The position numbers and the translations under genes are program-made. Below the pieces are notes generated by a model, which made no database searches, was not told the origin of the DNA, and was given only the letters and a program-made list of their open reading frames with translations. A stretch of 64,000 nucleotides of DNA from positions 1,632,001 through 1,696,000 of the forward strand of contig OY970399.1 in assembly GCA_963720545.1 (NCBI GenBank), written 5' to 3'. Shown here piece by piece: positions 22,913-32,451 of this stretch; positions within the stretch are counted from its first letter, which is position 1; every line of letters begins with the position of its first letter. This DNA comes from an uncultured Acidobacteriota bacterium (GTDB taxonomy: Bacteria > Acidobacteriota > Vicinamibacteria > Fen-336).

Positions 22913-24169
22913 TCACTGCCGAACCTCCTCCGGCGGTCGGGACTCCACGAACTGCCCGAAGAGCACGATGTCGTAGACGATCTTGAGCGTTCCCGCGAGG
23001 AAGAACGGGAGACTCCACAAGGCGGGCCGGGCAAACATGAGGCCCACGAGGAACGGACTGATTGAAGCGCCGACGGTGCGAGCGACGCTGGTAAAGCCTC
23101 CGGCCGCCGCCCGTTCCTCCGGTGCCACGACGGCCATGACGTACGACTGTCTGGCCGGCACGTCCATCTGGCTGATGCTGAACCGGAGAAGGAGCACGGC
23201 GACCGCCCACCACAACGACGGCATCAGCGGAACCAGAATCAGCAGGACGTTCGACGGCAGGTGCGTGAAGACCATCGTCTTGATCAAGCCGATGCGCGCC
23301 GCAAGACGCGATGCGAGCAAGGCTGAGAGGCCGGCGAAAACGTTGGCCCAAAAAAAGATCGCGCCAAGTGCAGCGACATCGACGCCAAACCGCAGGTGGA
23401 ACCAATAGGCCGCGAACGCCTGGACGACGAAGCCACCTCCGAACGAGTCGAGCGCAAACAGCGCCGACAGCTTCATCACGACGCCACGCGAACGATCGAG
23501 TCCTGAGAGCCCGCTGATCATCGTTGCCCTCGACCTCGCGTCCCCGTACGGCCCCGCCTCGGTTCGGTGCGACAGTCCTGCAAAGGTCACGGCGAGCACA
23601 ACGCCCAACACCGCGTACAAAATGACCACGGCCCGATAGCTGTTGAGCGGCAGCATGGCCGCTGCCTGCAAGACGCTGGTGATGACTCCGGCCGACAGCG
23701 CCCCGAGCGCGGTCGCGAAGGACCCCGTGAGCGTATACCAGGCAAACACTTCCGTTCTGTTGCGATCAGTGACCACCTGGGAGAGTGCCGCTTGCTCAAT
23801 CGGCAGGAACGGTCCCACCTCGTGTCCACTTGGACTCAGTACGCCGATTGTCCCCGCAAGCAGAAGCACCCACAGACTTGCCGTCGACGCGAACACGAGT
23901 CCCGCGCCCGTCATGAGTAGCGCGCCAACGATGAGCATGCGTCGACGCCCCATTCGGTCCGCGCGAGTCGTGATCGCCAGGGAAATAACGGTGTCACCAA
24001 GCAGCGTCAGCGTGAGCAGCACCCCGACTTGCTGTTCGCTGAGACCAAGGCGTACCAGGTAGAACACAAGCACGACCGACAACGACCCGTACGCGAAGAG
24101 CCGGATGAACCGCGTCGCAAAGAGCAACTGGGTGTCACGGGCCAAATGCGGGAGAACTGGTCTCAACAT
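22913..24169 (-). CDS. MFS transporter
   Basis: About 12 TM helices, ADRMGRRR motif; ATG at 24169 with GAGG RBS. Confidence 0.85.
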   Translation of the reverse strand: MLRPVLPHLARDTQLLFATRFIRLFAYGSLSVVLVFYLVRLGLSEQQVGVLLTLTLLGDTVISLAITTRADRMGRRRMLIVGALLMTGAGLVFASTASLWVLLLAGTIGVLSPSGHEVGPFLPIEQAALSQVVTDRNRTEVFAWYTLTGSFATALGALSAGVITSVLQAAAMLPLNSYRAVVILYAVLGVVLAVTFAGLSHRTEAGPYGDARSRATMISGLSGLDRSRGVVMKLSALFALDSFGGGFVVQAFAAYWFHLRFGVDVAALGAIFFWANVFAGLSALLASRLAARIGLIKTMVFTHLPSNVLLILVPLMPSLWWAVAVLLLRFSISQMDVPARQSYVMAVVAPEERAAAGGFTSVARTVGASISPFLVGLMFARPALWSLPFFLAGTLKIVYDIVLFGQFVESRPPEEVRQ

Positions 24170-24215
24170 GTCCTCAGCAATTTCGCCGGTCGATGGCACA
24201 AATCGACGTCGTAGT

Positions 24216-24629
24216 TCACCCGCCCGTGGATTGACGCCACCCTTCGTGCTCGAGGAGCCTCTCGACCCGCTGTCGTATCTCGTCCCGAATTTCCCTGACT
24301 CGAGCGAGCGGTTTGCCCTTGGGATCCTCCAGCGGCCAGTCCTCGCGCTCCAGGCCAGGCACGACCGGACACTGATCGCCGCAGCCCATGGTAATCAGCA
24401 TCTGAGCGCCCTGCGCCAGGGCCGGCGTCAGTTTGGATGTCGAGGCTTCTGACAGATCGACGCCGACCTCGGACATGGCGACGACTACTTCCGGATGGAC
24501 GCGCGGCCCCGGCTCCGTGCCGGCGGAGATCGCGCGCGCCCGGGTCGGCTCGGATAACAGATTGAACCACGCAGCGGCCATCTGAGATCGGCCGGCATTG
24601 TGGACGCAGGCGAAGAGCACCGTCTTCAC
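24216..24629 (-). CDS. arsC: Arsenate reductase (LMW-PTP family)
   Basis: CVHNAGRSQMA, SAGT, TMGCGDQCP, DPKG; GTGA overlap with arsR. Confidence 0.9.
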   Translation of the reverse strand: MKTVLFACVHNAGRSQMAAAWFNLLSEPTRARAISAGTEPGPRVHPEVVVAMSEVGVDLSEASTSKLTPALAQGAQMLITMGCGDQCPVVPGLEREDWPLEDPKGKPLARVREIRDEIRQRVERLLEHEGWRQSTGG

Positions 24630-25048
24630 GACGGGGAGATACGAGGTGCACAGCACGTTCCGCCCGCGGGACTGTTGAGGACGTACAGCTGCCCGAATGA
24701 ACGTTGAAACTGCTTCCGGTCCTGCGTCGTGGCTGGCAACTGCTGCAACGCGTCGACTGCAGCCGCGACCACGCGGCGCATCACGGGATTCAGCGATCTC
24801 GACACCTGGTAGTGCATCCACACCCCGTCGCGGCGGGCGGTGACGACACCGCCCTTGCGCAGATACGCAAGATGGCGAGAGACCGTCGGTTGCGGGAGGC
24901 CAAGGCTGTCGTGCAGGTGGCAGACGCACACCTCGTTGTTCCCCAGAAGGGCGAGGATACGCAGGCGCGTAGTGTCGGCGAGAGCCTTGAACAGGCTCTC
25001 CATCTCGTCGACGGCGGCCCGGGATCTGGATTTCGTTGCGTGCTTCAT
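24626..25048 (-). CDS. arsR: ArsR/SmtB family repressor
   Basis: FKALADTTRLRIL, EVCVCHL, VSRHLAYL; C-terminal CC. Confidence 0.9.
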   Translation of the reverse strand: MKHATKSRSRAAVDEMESLFKALADTTRLRILALLGNNEVCVCHLHDSLGLPQPTVSRHLAYLRKGGVVTARRDGVWMHYQVSRSLNPVMRRVVAAAVDALQQLPATTQDRKQFQRSFGQLYVLNSPAGGTCCAPRISPS

Positions 25049-25101
25049 ATATTTGCCTTGACGAATGTACCATCAGTTAATATATTCCCAAAGGCGAATA
25101 T
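25049..25101. promoter_or_regulatory. Divergent arsR/arsM promoter with two palindromic operator boxes
   Basis: ATATTTGCCTTGACGAATGT (25049-25068) and ATATTCCCAAAGGCGAATAT (25082-25101). Confidence 0.65.
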
Positions 25102-25115
25102 CAAAGGAGTAGCCC

Positions 25116-25940
25116 ATGGACGCCGTCAAGGCAGCGGTGCAACAGAAGTATGGCGAGGCAGCGCAGCAGGCCCGTAGCGGAGCGAGGGCAGGTTGTGGAT
25201 GCGGGACGACCTGTGGGCCCGATCCGATCACTTCGAATCTCTACGACGACGCGCAGGCAGCGGGCGTGCCCGCTGAGGCTTTGCTTGCTTCCCTGGGCTG
25301 CGGCAACCCAACTGCGCTGGCGGAGCTGCAACCCGGCGAGGTCGTCCTCGATCTCGGCTCTGGCGGTGGCATCGACGTGCTCCTGTCGGCCAGGCGCGTG
25401 GGCCCGAACGGAAAGGCCTATGGCCTGGACATGACAGACGAAATGCTCGCGCTGGCCCGCGAGAACCTGGCCAAGTCTGGCCTCACGAACGTCGAGTTTC
25501 TCAAGGGCGAGATCGAGCACATCCCGCTTCCCGACAACTCCGTCGATGTGATCATCTCGAATTGCGTGATCAATCTTTCCGCCGACAAGGACCGCGTGCT
25601 CGCGGAGGCGTTCCGCGTTCTAAGGCCAGGCGGTCGTTTCGCCGTGTCGGATGTGGTCGTCAGAGGGGACGACATGCCCGCGGAAGTGCGCCGAAGCATG
25701 GAGCTCTGGGTCGGCTGCGTCGCGGGTGCGCTCGAAGAATCGACCTACCGGAGCAAGTTGTCGAGAGCCGGCTTCGAAGCGGTCGAACTCGAGCCAACGC
25801 GCATCTATCGTGCGGCTGACGCAAAACAGTTTCTTGAAGCGGCAGGATTGTCGGACGACGCAACACTCGCGCAAGTCGACGGCCGGATCATGAGTGCCTT
25901 CGTGCGCGCCCACAAACCGGCTGCGAGCGCCTTGCTCTAA
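25116..25940 (+). CDS. arsM: Arsenite S-adenosylmethionine methyltransferase
   Basis: [31 protein letters not shown]. Confidence 0.9.
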   Translation: MDAVKAAVQQKYGEAAQQARSGARAGCGCGTTCGPDPITSNLYDDAQAAGVPAEALLASLGCGNPTALAELQPGEVVLDLGSGGGIDVLLSARRVGPNGKAYGLDMTDEMLALARENLAKSGLTNVEFLKGEIEHIPLPDNSVDVIISNCVINLSADKDRVLAEAFRVLRPGGRFAVSDVVVRGDDMPAEVRRSMELWVGCVAGALEESTYRSKLSRAGFEAVELEPTRIYRAADAKQFLEAAGLSDDATLAQVDGRIMSAFVRAHKPAASALL

Positions 25941-25961
25941 GTTCCTTCCTGAGAGAGGAAT

Positions 25962-26036
25962 TGGCTCCTCAGATAGGATTCGAACCTATAACCCTCCGGT
26001 TAACAGCCGGATGCTCTACCATTGAGCTACTGAGGA
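25962..26036 (-). tRNA. tRNA-Asn(GTT)
   Basis: TCCTCAGTAGCTCAATGGTAGAGC..CTGTTAAC..GGTTCGAATCC..GAGGAGCCA; cloverleaf with encoded CCA. Confidence 0.97.
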
Positions 26037-26091
26037 ACGGCGTTTCGGCGCAACTGCGGAAACGCCAGTATATTAGCGGGCCCGAAGGCGG

Positions 26092-27063
26092 TCAACGAGC
26101 GCGGTCGAGACCTGCCGCGGGGCTCATCGACTGGTGCAGGATGGCCGGCAGCGCGGGTGCCGCGGTTTGCGATTCCCGTCCCGCCACCGTCAGCGGGTCC
26201 CGTTCCAGCGTGATCCCGTGCTCCTGCGCCCAGCGGGTCCACAGGTCCTTGAACGAGTCGCTCAGGCGGTCGATGACGAGCGGCAGGTAGTGGGCGAGGT
26301 CGTTCTGCGGCGTCACCTGCGACGGAGTGGTGACCTTTGCGATCTGCTCGCCGGCTTTCTCAGCTGGTTCGGTCTTCGCGATCGGCGTCTTCTCGGGAAC
26401 GAGCTGCTGGCGGGTCAGGTCGCCGAATACCTTCGTCGCCGCCTGGACGCGTTCGTCGAGCGAACGATTCGGGTCGAGCAGGACGCGCAGCGCGTCGGGG
26501 GACACTCTCGCATCCGTGATGTAGGGGCGCATCTCGGCGGTGGCTTTCTCGGGGTTGCCGGTCTGCGCCATCGTCGACTGGGCGCGGGCAAAGCCTTCGC
26601 TGAGCGCCGCCCGGGCGCCCGATAGGTAAAGCTCGGCGAGGGAATTCGGATCCTGCGGCAGCCTGCCTTCGCTCGCGGCGCGCTGTATTGCGGACAGACC
26701 GCCCATCTGCGAGATCTGGGACAGTTGCTGAGCGATCCTCGGATCGGCGAAGACGGCGGCGCTTGAAGCCTGCGGACCGGCTTGCGACGGGACCTCGGCC
26801 TTGCCGGGCACGGGGACCTGGCCCCTGGGGTTGAGGCGCTCGAGCAGGCTCTTGATGACGGGTGAAGCCGCATTGAACAGCTGGATCGCGGCGGCGGCGT
26901 AGCGCAGCGGCGGGACGAACCTGGGAATGGTCCTGGTGATGAGGCCCACGCCGAGCTTGCCGACCATGCCGGAGATGAAGCCGCCAAGGACGTTTTTCTC
27001 TTTCTTGTCGAGATCGGGCCTGGCGAGGCTTGCGGCTATCGAAGAGACGGTATTCGCGCTCAT
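26092..27063 (-). CDS. Hypothetical protein
   Basis: Long ORF, ATG at 27063 preceded by GGAGG; no recognisable motif. Confidence 0.6.
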   Translation of the reverse strand: MSANTVSSIAASLARPDLDKKEKNVLGGFISGMVGKLGVGLITRTIPRFVPPLRYAAAAIQLFNAASPVIKSLLERLNPRGQVPVPGKAEVPSQAGPQASSAAVFADPRIAQQLSQISQMGGLSAIQRAASEGRLPQDPNSLAELYLSGARAALSEGFARAQSTMAQTGNPEKATAEMRPYITDARVSPDALRVLLDPNRSLDERVQAATKVFGDLTRQQLVPEKTPIAKTEPAEKAGEQIAKVTTPSQVTPQNDLAHYLPLVIDRLSDSFKDLWTRWAQEHGITLERDPLTVAGRESQTAAPALPAILHQSMSPAAGLDRAR

Positions 27064-27263
27064 GGGAAAACCTCCAATGCACATGGAGGCAAGCCCCGGG
27101 CCCGCCATCGCCCGCTCGTTAAATGCCCTCAACAAAGGCCTTTGTCAGGTTTTTTTGGGCGCGCGTGTGCGCGAGCCGCACAGTTCTGCGGGGCGCTCGC
27201 GGCCGCCCGCACCACCGCTGCGGCGACTTGACGAGGCACGGGGGCAGAACGCACTATGCGCGG

Positions 27264-29303
27264 ATGTCTCTGCCTCCTGAAATCGAATCCCTCCGCGACC
27301 GCCTGGACGCCGTCGACCAGGCGCTTCTCGACGCCCTTACCGAGCGCACCCGCATCGTCCGCGAAGTGGGACGTTTCAAGGCCGAAAGCGGCGCCAACCT
27401 GCGCGACCTGCCGCGCGAAGAGGAGATCCTGACGCGCCTGGTGGCGCGCGCCGAAGAGGCCGGCCTCGACCGCTTCTTCGTGGCGCGACTCTACAAGGAG
27501 ATCCTGGGCCATTCGATGCGGCTGCAGGAAGCGGCGCTCGGCACCGCCGCGGTGCACGAAGGCCCGGCCCTGCGCGTTGGTTACCAGGGCAGCGAAGGCG
27601 CCTGGTCGCACCTGGCCGCGCAGCGACATTTCGGAGCGCACGACGGCGATGTGTCGCACGTTGGCTTCGACTCGTTCGAGGAGATGCTGCAAGCGGTGCG
27701 CGACGGCGAGGTGGAGCGCGCGCTGTTGCCGGTCGAGAACACGATCTCCGGCTCGATCCCGGCATCCTTCGACCTGCTCGCGGCTCTCGAACTGTCGATC
27801 GTCGGCGAGGAGGTGCAGGAGGTGCAGCACTGCCTGCTGGCACTCGAAGACGTGCCCCTGTCGCGGCTGCGGCGCATCTCGTCGCATCCGGTCGCGCTGG
27901 CGCAGTGCGGCAAGTTCCTGGCGACGCTCGGCAACTGCCACGTCGAGGCGTTCACCGACACCGCGATGGCCGCGCGCCGCGTGCGCGACGAGGCCGACCC
28001 CACGCAGGCCGCGATCGCGAGCGAGGAGGCCGGCCGCATCCACGGGCTCACCGTCATCCGCCGCGGCATCGCCGACCAGCGCGAGAACTTCACGCGCATG
28101 CTGGTGGTGGCGGTGCGGCCGCAGCCCGTCGACCTGCGCGTGCCGTGCAAGACGACGCTGCTCTTCACCACCCGCCACGAGGAAGGCGCCCTCGTCACAT
28201 GCCTCAGCATCCTCGCGGCGCATCACCTCAGCATGACCCGGCTCGAGTCGCGGCCGCGCCCGCACAACCCCTGGGAATACCAGTTCCATCTCGACTTCGA
28301 AGGCAATGTCGCCGACCCGGAAGTGGCGGAGGCGCTGCGCGAGATGGCGACGCAGAGCGGCTACGTGCGCGTCCTCGGGTCGTACCCGGCGCGCACCACC
28401 GCGAGCGTTCGCGCCGCCGAGCCGCGCCCGGCTGTCAGCCCGGCCAAGCGTAGCGCGCAGAAGCCGGTGATCGAGGTTGGCGCTCCCGCGGCGGCGCCCG
28501 CGTCAGGAGGAAGCGCGCCGCCAATGGCCTCGCGCACCTACCGGCGCGAGGACACGGTCATCCCGGTCGGCACGGCCCTCATTGGCGGGCCGGTGCCGGT
28601 GATCATCGCCGGACCGTGCGCGGTGGAGTCGGAGGAACAGATCCAGGCGTGCGCGCGCGTCGTGAAGGCGATGGGCGCGCAGATCCTGCGCGGCGGCTGC
28701 TTCAAGCCGCGCACCTCGCCGTACTCGTTCCAGGGCCACGGCTTCGAGGCGCTCGCCTGGCTCGCCGACGCCGGGGCCGAGGCGGGCCTGCCGATCGTCA
28801 CCGAGGTGATGCATCCGCAGGACGTCGGCCCGGTGGCCGAGCGCGCCCACATCCTGCAGATCGGCGCACGCAACATGCAGAACTTCTCGCTGCTGAAGGA
28901 AGTGGGCAAGGTGGACCGGCCGGTGATGCTGAAGCGCGGCATGATGGCGTCGATTGAGGAATGGCTGTCGGCGTCGGAATACATCCTGAGCCACGGCAAC
29001 CAGATGGTGTTCCTGTGCGAGCGCGGCATCCGCACCTTCGAAACCGCGACCCGCAACACCCTCGACCTCAGCGCCGTGCCGGTGCTGCGCGAGCGCACCC
29101 ACCTGCCGGTGATCGTGGACCCGTCGCACGCGGTCGGCGTGCGCCGCTTCATCCCGCCGATGGCCGAGGCGGCGCTCGCGAGCGGCGCGCAGGGCGTAAT
29201 GCTCGAGATCCATCCCGACCCGGAGAAGGCGCTGTCCGACGGTCCGCAGGCCCTGACGTTCGAAATGTTCGAACAGCTCATGGCGCGGATCGGCGGCGCG
29301 TGA
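27264..29303 (+). CDS. Fusion: chorismate mutase + prephenate dehydratase/ACT + type I-beta DAHP synthase
   Basis: LRDRLDAVD (CM); [25 protein letters not shown] (PDT/ACT); [36 protein letters not shown] (DAHPS). Confidence 0.92.
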   Translation: MSLPPEIESLRDRLDAVDQALLDALTERTRIVREVGRFKAESGANLRDLPREEEILTRLVARAEEAGLDRFFVARLYKEILGHSMRLQEAALGTAAVHEGPALRVGYQGSEGAWSHLAAQRHFGAHDGDVSHVGFDSFEEMLQAVRDGEVERALLPVENTISGSIPASFDLLAALELSIVGEEVQEVQHCLLALEDVPLSRLRRISSHPVALAQCGKFLATLGNCHVEAFTDTAMAARRVRDEADPTQAAIASEEAGRIHGLTVIRRGIADQRENFTRMLVVAVRPQPVDLRVPCKTTLLFTTRHEEGALVTCLSILAAHHLSMTRLESRPRPHNPWEYQFHLDFEGNVADPEVAEALREMATQSGYVRVLGSYPARTTASVRAAEPRPAVSPAKRSAQKPVIEVGAPAAAPASGGSAPPMASRTYRREDTVIPVGTALIGGPVPVIIAGPCAVESEEQIQACARVVKAMGAQILRGGCFKPRTSPYSFQGHGFEALAWLADAGAEAGLPIVTEVMHPQDVGPVAERAHILQIGARNMQNFSLLKEVGKVDRPVMLKRGMMASIEEWLSASEYILSHGNQMVFLCERGIRTFETATRNTLDLSAVPVLRERTHLPVIVDPSHAVGVRRFIPPMAEAALASGAQGVMLEIHPDPEKALSDGPQALTFEMFEQLMARIGGA

Positions 29304-30499
29304 GCCGGGAGTTGGCCGTCAACCCGCGCCTCGCGCGGGTGCCGCCCTACATCCCCGAGCGGCTGAGGGCGCTGCTCGCGGGCATCGTTCCCAAACCGGA
29401 TCCCGCAAAGCCACCGGTGGTACTCGCGGCCGGCGAGCCGCGGCACGAGTCGCCCGCCGCTGTGCGTGCCGCCCTGCACGAAGCGTCGGCGCGGTTGCAG
29501 GACTATCCGGACGCCCGTGGCGAGGCTGCGCTGCGTGAAGCGATCGCCGGCTGGCTCGGGCGGCGGTTCGCGCCGCTGCGGCTCGATCCCGCGAGCGAAG
29601 TGCTGCCGACGCTTGGCAGCCGTGAGGCCATCTTCGACATCGTGCAGTGCCTCGTCGATCCCGCTGCCGAATCGGTCGCCGTCATCCCCAACCCGCTCTA
29701 CCCTATCTACGAGGGGGCTGCGATCCTTGCCGGCGCCGTGCCGTATTTCGCGGCCGACGTGCTGGCCGTCGCACCGGACGTGCTGGAACGAGCGGCGCTC
29801 CTGTTCGTCTGTTCGCCGAGCAACCCCACCGGACGCGTGCTCGGGCAGGACGAGTGGGCGCGGCTCTTCGAGCAGTCCGATCGTCACGGCTTCGTGCTGG
29901 TGGCCGACGAGTGCTACTCGGAGATCTATCCGGACGAGTCAAGGCCGCCGGTGGGCGCGCTGCAGGCCGCGGCACGGCTGGGTCGCGGCTTGCGCAACAT
30001 CGTGAGCCTCGGCAGCTTGTCGAAGCGCTCCAGCGTTCCCGGCCTGCGGTCGGGCTATGCCGCGGGCGACCCTACGGTGCTGGCCGCGTTCCTCCACTAC
30101 CGCACCTACAGCGGCAGCGCGATGGGTCCGCCGGCGCAGGCGGCAAGCATCGCCGCGTTCGACGACGACGCGTACGTGGTTGCGAACCGCGAAGCCTACC
30201 GGCGCAAGCTCGTCGCGTTCCACGCGATCGTCGCTCCGGTGGCGGCACTGCCGATGCCCGAAGGCGGCTTTTATTTCTGGATGCCGACGCCAGGCGACGA
30301 CCTCACCTTCGTGCAGCGGCTCTATGCCGAAGAGAACGTCAAGGTGCTGCCCGGTTCCTTCTTCGGTCGAGACGGCAGCGGTGCTGCTGGCGGTGCCAAC
30401 CCCGGTTCCGGACGCGTCCGCATCTCGATGACCGCGCCGTACGACGAATGCGTCGAGGGTGCGAAACGCATCGCGGCGCTGCTGGGCCGCTGGCGCTAA
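29300..30499 (+). CDS. dapC: Succinyldiaminopimelate transaminase-like class I/II aminotransferase
   Basis: [47 protein letters not shown]. Confidence 0.8.
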   Translation: MSRELAVNPRLARVPPYIPERLRALLAGIVPKPDPAKPPVVLAAGEPRHESPAAVRAALHEASARLQDYPDARGEAALREAIAGWLGRRFAPLRLDPASEVLPTLGSREAIFDIVQCLVDPAAESVAVIPNPLYPIYEGAAILAGAVPYFAADVLAVAPDVLERAALLFVCSPSNPTGRVLGQDEWARLFEQSDRHGFVLVADECYSEIYPDESRPPVGALQAAARLGRGLRNIVSLGSLSKRSSVPGLRSGYAAGDPTVLAAFLHYRTYSGSAMGPPAQAASIAAFDDDAYVVANREAYRRKLVAFHAIVAPVAALPMPEGGFYFWMPTPGDDLTFVQRLYAEENVKVLPGSFFGRDGSGAAGGANPGSGRVRISMTAPYDECVEGAKRIAALLGRWR

Positions 30500-30562
30500 A
30501 GCTCTCCAGGTCAACAGTTTGAATCCAGAGTAGTGAGAGGGCGCCTGAGCTAGTCTTGCGCC

Positions 30563-32431
30563 ATGAGGCTGCGCCTTGTGGCAGGCATTGCGTGCGCGCT
30601 GGCCGGACTCGCGGCACTCGGCGCAGGCACACCAGCGACGCCGCGCACCGCCTCGCCACTCGCGCCGGAGATCGCGCGCCTCCGCGCGGTACTCGATGCC
30701 GCGCCGCAGAGCGACGAAGTGAAAGAGACGGCTCCCGGGCTGCGCGACGCGCTCGACCGCGCCGCGGCTCACGAACGCGCGGGGCGGTTCCTCGCCGCGG
30801 TGGACACGCTCGAGTACGCACGCAGCACCATCCTCGCCCTCGACACCATGGCGCGGCAGACGCCTGCCGACGGCGGCGACCTCGACCGCTTCACTGCGGC
30901 GTGGCAGGCGGCGGGACCCGGCCTCGAGAAGGACGCGCGCACGTGGGCCGGACAGTCGTGGGCGGGAGTTCCGGCAGCCGTGCGCGCGGTTGCCGAGAGC
31001 GCCTTTGGCCGCTCACAACACCTCTACCAGGCAGCCGACTCCTACGCGCGTGTGACCTCGCCGGCCGCCGGCTACTACTACATGGGCGAAGCGCAGGGCA
31101 CCATGACTTCCGCACTCTTCGTACGCGGGCTCGGTGCACCGCGAAGCGGCGCCGCGGCTCCGGCCGCGCGCAGCCTCAAGGGCGAGCGCACATCGCTCGC
31201 GAAACGCATCGAGGCGATCTACAAGCCGCCGCTGGCGATCGACCGCCATCCCGACTTCATCCGCACCAACTCCGCGCTCAAGCTGGCCGGCGAGCTCGAC
31301 GATGCCGGCCTGCGCTACGGCGCGCTCCTCGCCTACCTCAAGGCGGAGCGCGGGCTCGGCGAGCTGCTCCTGCCGGTGCCGCAGGCGGGCGAGCGCGGTG
31401 CGATCGAGGCGCGGCTCAAGGAAGCTCACGAGCGCCATGCCACGGCGCAACGCGACGACAGCATCGCGCTCGTCCTCATCGAGGCGGCGCAAGGCGGCAT
31501 CGAGAGCGCGCGTGACGATGCGGCGCGCGGTACGGCGCTGCGCACCGCGAGCGCCGTGCTCGACCAGGCGCTGCCGGCGTATCGGGCGACTCTCGAGGAT
31601 TCGGTCCCGGAAAAGCTCACTGCGGCGACGGCCGCGCCCGCGGTCAGGGTCACGCTGGTGCGCTGGCCGTACACCTGAAACCTGTCCGATCCGGCAAGTT
31701 TGCTGGCCAGGGAAGTCGCCGACCGTTATCAGGGCCGTGTCGAGTTCGTCAGCGAGAACTTCGGCGAATCGGAACTCGCCCGCAGGTTCGGGGTTACCCG
31801 CTACCCGGCCATCTTCGTCGACGACGTGCTCGTCGCCCGGCCCATCGACTTCGGCTTCTTCGCGAAAGGCGAGACCGCCGGCCGCTATACGCCGTTTCGC
31901 GACCCGAAGAGCCACGCGCGCTTCCAGGCCGATCTCGCACGCATGATCGACCTGGTGCTCGCGGGCCGCAAGGAAGATCTGCGCGCCGAGCGCACGGGTG
32001 AAGCGCCGGCGGAGATCGCCTCTCTGCCGGCGGTGAGCGCGGCGGGACTCAGCGGCGAACCGCTGCAGCTTGCCGGGCTGAAGGACAAGGTGGTGCTGGT
32101 CGAGTTCTGGGCCACCTGGTGCCCGCCGTGCCGCTCCACGCTGCAGTGGCTCGGCGAGCTGAAGAAACAATACGGCGACAAGCTCGAGGTGGTTGCGTTC
32201 GCGGTCGAGTCGCCCGACGACCAGGTGCGCAGCCTGGTCGCGCAGCTGAGCCCCGAGGTGCGCTGGGCCATCGCGAGCCCGGAGCTGGCCCGCGAGTTCG
32301 GCGACGTCTCAGCGGTGCCGACGCTCTTCGTCTTCGATGGCACGGGGCGCACCGCCCGGATCGCCTACGGCGCTCCGCCCGACCTGCACGACACGGTCGG
32401 CAAGCTGGTCGCGGAGTTGACGCAGCGCTAG
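30563..32431 (+). CDS. Putative exported selenoprotein (622 aa): signal peptide, helical region, thioredoxin-like U-x-x-S domain, TlpA-like CxxC domain; Sec at TGA 31676-31678
   Basis: Two ORFs in the same frame separated by one TGA; Trx fold spans the TGA; SECIS-like hairpin; WATWCPPC in the last domain. Confidence 0.8.
31679..31711 (+). promoter_or_regulatory. Bacterial SECIS-like element
   Basis: CCGGCA-AGTT-TGCTGG hairpin whose loop starts after 18 nt following the UGA; lower stem CCTG/CAGG. Confidence 0.75.
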
Positions 32432-32451
32432 ATCTGCTAACTTCTGCGGCC

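Larger units (their letters stand above)
18883..25982. mobile_element. Genomic island remnant integrated at tRNA-Asn (no integrase)
   Basis: Bounded by tRNA 3'-end direct repeats; accessory cargo including ars genes. Confidence 0.7.

Noticed and set aside
25116..25940. Selenocysteine or read-through in arsM and at other TGA stops
   Set aside because: arsM ends in TAA with its Cys motifs intact; the other TGA stops I checked are start-stop overlaps or normal gene ends without an in-frame domain continuation or SECIS hairpin
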